A program made the translations under genes and the position numbers. From positions 30,132,001-30,196,000 of the forward strand of contig OZ004611.1 of assembly GCA_963924565.1 (NCBI GenBank): a stretch of DNA of 64,000 nt. The letters run 5' to 3'. This DNA is from Ascidiella aspersa (Eukaryota). Below, one piece after another: positions 59,095-64,000 of this stretch (positions are counted from its first letter, which is position 1; the number at the start of each line of letters is the position of its first letter). The notes under the pieces were generated by a model. The model worked only from the letters and a program-made list of their open reading frames with translations. It had not been told where the DNA came from and made no database searches.

Positions 59095-59339
59095 TTAGAA
59101 ATGCAAAAGTTTACCCAGGAAGCCATCGCAACCGAATTTGTCGACCAAAAGCAAGACAGACTAGAATCCTAGAAAAATATGTGACCCAGCCCTTCTGAAG
59201 TCGCCTAGTTATGGCCGTAGGTCGTAAATTCGACCGTCAATGCAGGCATGTTGTTGTTTGGACAGACTCGGTTAAACTGCGATGTCTATTAATTACTATT
59301 ACTATTATTTATTGAAAAGTGTTAGAAATGTGAAAGTGT

Positions 59340-59997
59340 CATCGGACGAGATCGAATCTGTCGATCAATGATGCAGGCAAGGCTGGCAAGGAAAACAACC
59401 ATTGCCTGCAGTAAGGTTCGAACGCACGATCTCGGCCATAACGGGATCGTTGCTTTACCAGCAAAGCTCCACAGGCTCAGAGAGGGCAAGTCGAGAAATA
59501 ACCATACGCCTATGCTTGTTTCATTATATTAGTACTAGCAACTTCACATTAAAGGGGATCTACAGTACCATATCATTCAATGGAAGACACACACATATGT
59601 GTTTAATAACTGTGATCTAGCCCTTTTGAAGTGCTTTTTGAATAACGATTACGGCTTACGTGGCATTGGTAGGCCTACACCGAAAACCATCGCAGACTGA
59701 ATCTGTCCATCTATGATGCAAGCAAGGCTGGCAACGAAAACTATAGCCTGCAGTGAGGTTCGAACTCACGACCTCCGGTCATACCGGGACCGTCGCTCTA
59801 ACAACTGGGTTGTTAGAATTGTGAAAGTTTACACCGAGAGTCACCTGTCGATCAATGATGTAAGCAAGGCTGGCAAAAGCAACTATTGCCTGCAGTGAGG
59901 TTCGAACTCACGACCTACAGCCAATTACCTGGACCGTAAGTCGTAATCGTTGGTCAAAAAGCAGCTTCAGGAGGGCTAGATCACAGTTGTTGAACAC
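59340..59997 (-). mobile_element. tRNA-containing repeat family, copy D: head-to-tail array (tRNA-like modules starting 59404, 59746, 59888) plus inverted piece 59938-59997; in CHST intron
   Basis: GCCTGCAGTRAGGTTCGAAC recurs at 59404, 59746 (342-bp period) and 59888. An additional degenerate piece lies at ~59096-59150. Confidence 0.85.
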
Positions 59998-60295
59998 TTA
60001 TTTATCAGCTCTAGATGACTTGTTTGGTAAATAACAACACAGTGTGTGTTTTTAGTTGCTTATTGAGTGACATCTTTTTTAATAAGATCGCTTTTCAATT
60101 TGTTGAACCTTTTTTAGTATTTTAGATTTCATTTCCCTAAAGACTTTTATATGAGTATATATGGTTAAATTCTTATATAAATCCGGTTCTATTACTAAAA
60201 ACAAAAATAATTGTCCAACTCTCCTTGCAGCACACTGCAAATTATGCTAAATTTTATATAAAAATTGACTTTTAACATACCCTGCCAAAATACAG

Positions 60296-60491
60296 GGACA
60301 AGATGCGACGAATGTGCACCAAAGACCTGTGCGGAGTCCATTATGACACGTGTCGTAACTGCAAACGGGTGTCGTCGTCACAAGCATCTTCCATGTGTCA
60401 CAAGTCGCATCTCACAGCGATCAAAGTGATACGACTCTGTCAACTTGAGTCACTCAAACCTCTGCTAGAAGACCCCGATATGGATGTTAAG
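60296..60491 (+). CDS. CHST-like sulfotransferase exon (Cys-rich segment; AIKVIRL...LKPLLEDPDMDVK)
   Basis: Acceptor TACAG|; AG+G completes Arg in frame. Matches the family motif xKxxR...LxxLLxDPxLxxK. Phase-0 donor AAG|GTATTT. Confidence 0.9.
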
Positions 60492-60776
60492 GTATTTTGT
60501 GGATGTTAAGGTATTTGAGGATGTTAAGTTATTTGTAGAGGTTAAGACAATGGTTCTTAAACTTTTTGAGACACGACCCCCGTTTACAATTTTAACCAAA
60601 GTCGCGCCCACTTTGTTTCAAAATCAAAACACATAAAGCAGAACAGCAATTTATTTTCAGGTAAGTTGCGTCAATGCGAAGGACTCATGTACAAAAATAT
60701 AAAAACGACCAAAATTGCTTCTCTGCTTGTCGAGGTTTTATTATAAAAGTTATCCCGCCCACGGGTGCCCCTATGG

Positions 60777-61474
60777 CAGGGGTGGCCAACACGCAGCTCG
60801 CAAGCCGCATGCTGCTCTTCACCCAGATATATGCGGCTCGTTCATGCTGCACTTATGATTTGTTAAAATGTTTCGATTTCATTTTGTGAGCCAGACTCAG
60901 GATCGGAAAGAGAAATCCGAGCAGGATCTAAGCAAAGGAAGCGGCGACGACGTTAGCATTAGAAAAACTAAGGACATTTAAGTACAGACGAACATACGAA
61001 CATACAGGGAATTGTGTATAGTGAAGTAACCTCATATGCCAAATTCAAATCGTATATAAAACTCTACGTCTTTAGCATCAACAAAATAAATCACACCCAG
61101 GGAAACCTAAAATAAACCAAGGTTGTAGATTATTGCCGGTTTTGAATTAGACTGTTTGCATTAAGATCATTATATTCAACACTTTTCAAACAAGATAAAC
61201 TCAAAACGCATACCCAAATAACATTGATAAATGTCATTATATCGAGAAATGTGTATTTTTTCATTCAATGCGTCGCGTATTCTTCTAAATTCAAATTGTG
61301 TCTATTTAACGAAATAAAAGCACCTCTTCGCGCTTCGTGCGATCGCTTTATGGGAGTTGGTAAGAAATGGGGTGAAAGGCTATTCTTTTCGTTCCATGTG
61401 TGAAAGGTGTGGCTCTCAGCGGTTAACCAAGTAAGAAATGCGGCTCTTGTTGTCTGACTGGTTGGCCACCTCTG
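60777..61474. mobile_element. Non-autonomous hAT element (Charlie/SPIN-type ends) nested in an older element starting ~60548
   Basis: TIR CAGGGGTGGCCAAC / GTTGGCCACCTCTG, ATGCGGCTC subterminal motifs, perfect 8-bp TSD CCCTATGG. Confidence 0.9.
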
Positions 61475-61811
61475 CCCTATGGGGTTCGCAGACAATTTTT
61501 ACCGGGTTTATAAAGCTTACTGGAATCTTAGTTTATAACTCAAAATAGAATGAAATATCCATACGTGCATTTGGACTGGACATAGTGTAATAAATGCAAA
61601 TAAATATGACCGGAAAAAATATATTTATTACGTCTACTTGCATTATGACGTCATCTCTAAATAACCTTATGTCCATTGTTGTCCTTATGTTCATTGTTGC
61701 AAACCAAATTTATTTTTACATTTCCGCGTTTTTTTAGATGTCTGCGTTTGCGAGTTATAACCCCCTGATTTGACAATTAGTTGTATCTTGAACCCTTTTG
61801 TTTCGTTCCAG

Positions 61812-61981
61812 GTACTTCACCTGGTCCGCGATCCGCGCGGGATTTTTGCGTCCCGTGAAAAGTTGGCCGAACCTTGGCAACACGAGGCCATCAACGACAC
61901 TTGCAACAAGACCCAGGCAGCGCTCAAGGTGGGATTCGAACCCGCGAACTCTTGGCTTGATGGAAGGTACAAGGTCGTCAG
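61812..61981 (+). CDS. CHST-like sulfotransferase exon with 3'-phosphate-binding motif
   Basis: VLHLVRDPRGIFASR is the 3'PB motif, followed by ...WLDGRYKVVR. Acceptor TTTCGTTCCAG|, phase-2 donor AG|GTGGGC. Confidence 0.93.
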
Positions 61982-62861
61982 GTGGGCAGACTTTTTATTT
62001 TAATTTTTTTGTTTTCATTTTTTCTTTTTTTTTAAAGTGAAGATACGTGGAACTAACTTCAGGGGTTTTTAATTAAGTTATTTAAAAAAATAAATTATTT
62101 TTTGAAGAAACGAGTTTAATTTTAAACACCTAAAATGCAGATGGGTTAAGGTTTCGGAACTGAATGGAGTTATACGGGGATTTTAAACTGGGGCCCGTGA
62201 ACCCCTTTGTTCATCAACATATGCTTGTAGAATAAATTTGTTTTAACGTTACTGCCAAAGGATCTATAATAACTTCCGCTGGCTAACAACAAACTGAAAA
62301 ATAATCAAGCTTCTTCTTCTAAATTTAATTTGATTCTGACTGACACAAGTGATTTTAGGGCAAATTGAGTTTTGTCTTCGATCATTTTTAAAACAATAAA
62401 TAAATTAATTTTTCCATCTTTCTGTTTCAAAACCATTTACCAAAAAGTAATTTATCTAAATTGATGAATTCCAAAATTTAGTTATCGTTTTCTAGTGAAT
62501 AACGTAACTGCGTACAAGATTTGGTCTTCCTAGACCTATATTTCTTCGGATCTAATTGTGCTGGGCACAAGGATTCAAATGAGCTGAGTTAACGTTGTCT
62601 TCCTGTCCCTAATAATAAACTTTCAATTGGTTTCTCTGTATTCATGCCTGTTGTTATATTTCGCTACATTATATAGTAAAATGAACCATCAGCTCTATCA
62701 CTTTGGTTAAGAAACGCGGTTACAAATTCTATCAATAATTTAGATTCCAATATTGTGTTTCGCTTTTCTGCTTAAAAAGCGCAATTTAAAGCCGGGAGAT
62801 ATTTAAAAACTGTCATAGTAATCGTAACCGGACTAAGGGAAAATCCTTTGTTGTAATGCAG

Positions 62862-62970
62862 ATACGAGGATCTTTGTCGGCGTCCGCTACAAGTCGCTAG
62901 AGAGGTGTACAATTTCGTGGGACTTCGAATGACGAGTTCTATGGAAAAGTGGATTGTTTCTAACACTGCT
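62862..62970 (+). CDS. CHST-like sulfotransferase exon (R-YEDLCRRPLQVAREVYNFVGLRMTSSMEKWIVSNTA); gene continues beyond window
   Basis: Not in the ORF track. Acceptor ATGCAG|; AG+A=Arg gives the conserved RYEDL...P...Y.F.GL motif. Donor |GTAAGT. No C-terminal exon is recognisable before 64000. Confidence 0.9.
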
Positions 62971-63019
62971 GTAAGTTTTGGAGCATAATAGCTGGAGCCA
63001 GGCACAATTTTATTCAACG

Positions 63020-63189
63020 TTTTTAACACATGTATTTAGACTACATTTTACCTAAATTATCAGTGTTTTTTCTGAAAGTCTATTTGTATTGTGACGTCAA
63101 TATATGACGTCATATTTGACAATTTCTTGTCTACCGTGATACACGCAAAGCATAAAAAATTACGTAGTAAAAAAGTTTAAGAACCCCTG
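63020..63189. mobile_element. Right half of the 14.0-14.3 kb MITE family
   Basis: AAGTCTATTTGTATTGTGACGTCAAT(T/A)TATGACGTCAT ... GTTTAAGAACCCCTG is shared with 14210-14332. Confidence 0.75.
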
Positions 63190-64000
63190 CTATACACGGA
63201 TTTGTAATGAAGTTTAATGTTGAATGTTAAAGCTAAAAAAGTTGAGTAAACCGACGTTATCCTAATAAGGACCTTTCGATAGATGCTTGTATCATCATCA
63301 GTTTATCGACAGTAACAGGTATCGGAACGTCTTCATCAAGTTAATGTCAATTTATTTGTCATTTTTGGCTTTAAAATTGAGTTAAGGGCAAATTGAGTTT
63401 TGTCTTCGATCTTAAACAATAAATAAATTAATTCCATCTTACTGTTTCAAAACGATTTACCAAATAATAGCTAGCGACAGGCGCAATTTTATTAAAAAAA
63501 TATTCTCTGGCATTTATATTTCTTCTCCAATGTTTCGGCATTAAAGACGTTATTTACCATGAAGAAGGCGTCTTTAATAGGTTTCCAAAATGTTGGAGGA
63601 TTAATATAATTACCGGAGGAGCTGTTTTTTCGATAATAGCTTGAGGTTACCATTAGACGTAGAACGAAAATCAAATTCCGTACAAAAGGATGTAGCATTA
63701 TGTGAACGTTTTTAATCATACTTTATGAAATGAATGGCATTATTGGAAAAAAAGCATTATTGGAAACGTTTTTATATCCTTTTGTATGGGCTTTGATATG
63801 CATTACGATGTTTATAATCAGGCCAATTTGAGTGAATTAAACGAGCCATAAGACAATCCAATAAAAAATTAGGTCCGTAAAGCATTATTTAACTGATTGA
63901 TGAAAGTATGGCTTTTGTAAAGATCAGCAAAAATACATTTTTCGGTGGTTGTGTAATGGAGATTATAATTAATGCCGGCAAATGTTTGTACAATTTCAAT

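Noticed and set aside
59404-59476. Functional tRNA gene
   Set aside because: Every copy is damaged or truncated, the anticodon arm is non-canonical, and the module is part of a larger repeat.
61928-61946. tRNA T-arm/B-box look-alike GGTGGGATTCGAACCCGCG
   Set aside because: It lies within a CHST coding exon (KVGFEPA) with no other tRNA arms; treated as coincidence.

Overview
AT-rich, intron- and repeat-rich animal genomic DNA. An ascidian or other invertebrate deuterostome origin is plausible, but that is inference only. Two spliced protein-coding genes lie back-to-back about 29 kb apart. (1) On the minus strand is a complete 3-exon secreted frizzled-related protein of the sFRP1/2/5 subfamily: join 28785-28236, 14446-14375, 3044-2692; 324 aa with signal peptide, 10-Cys Frizzled CRD and a very basic 6-Cys NTR domain. 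It has a TATA/Inr promoter candidate near 30.1 kb and an apparently unpaired acceptor at 28928. (2) On the plus strand is a Golgi carbohydrate 6-O-sulfotransferase of the CHST1-7 family with 5 coding exons visible (58128-62970); its C-terminus lies beyond the window. The rest is intron and intergenic DNA with many non-autonomous DNA transposons (hAT MITEs, several with perfect 8-bp TSDs; a Tc1/mariner relic; a Harbinger-like MITE; an unclassified long-TIR MITE family). It also holds a foldback element with a hammerhead-like core, a 50/100-bp minisatellite, many local tandem duplications and GC-rich enhancer-like islands. The most unusual signal is a ~340-bp structured repeat containing a tRNA-like module. 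It occurs as head-to-tail multimers, as inverted pairs, and as a circularly permuted, terminally redundant copy between 13-bp target duplications. That pattern fits retrotransposition of a circular or multimeric RNA rather than a classical SINE.
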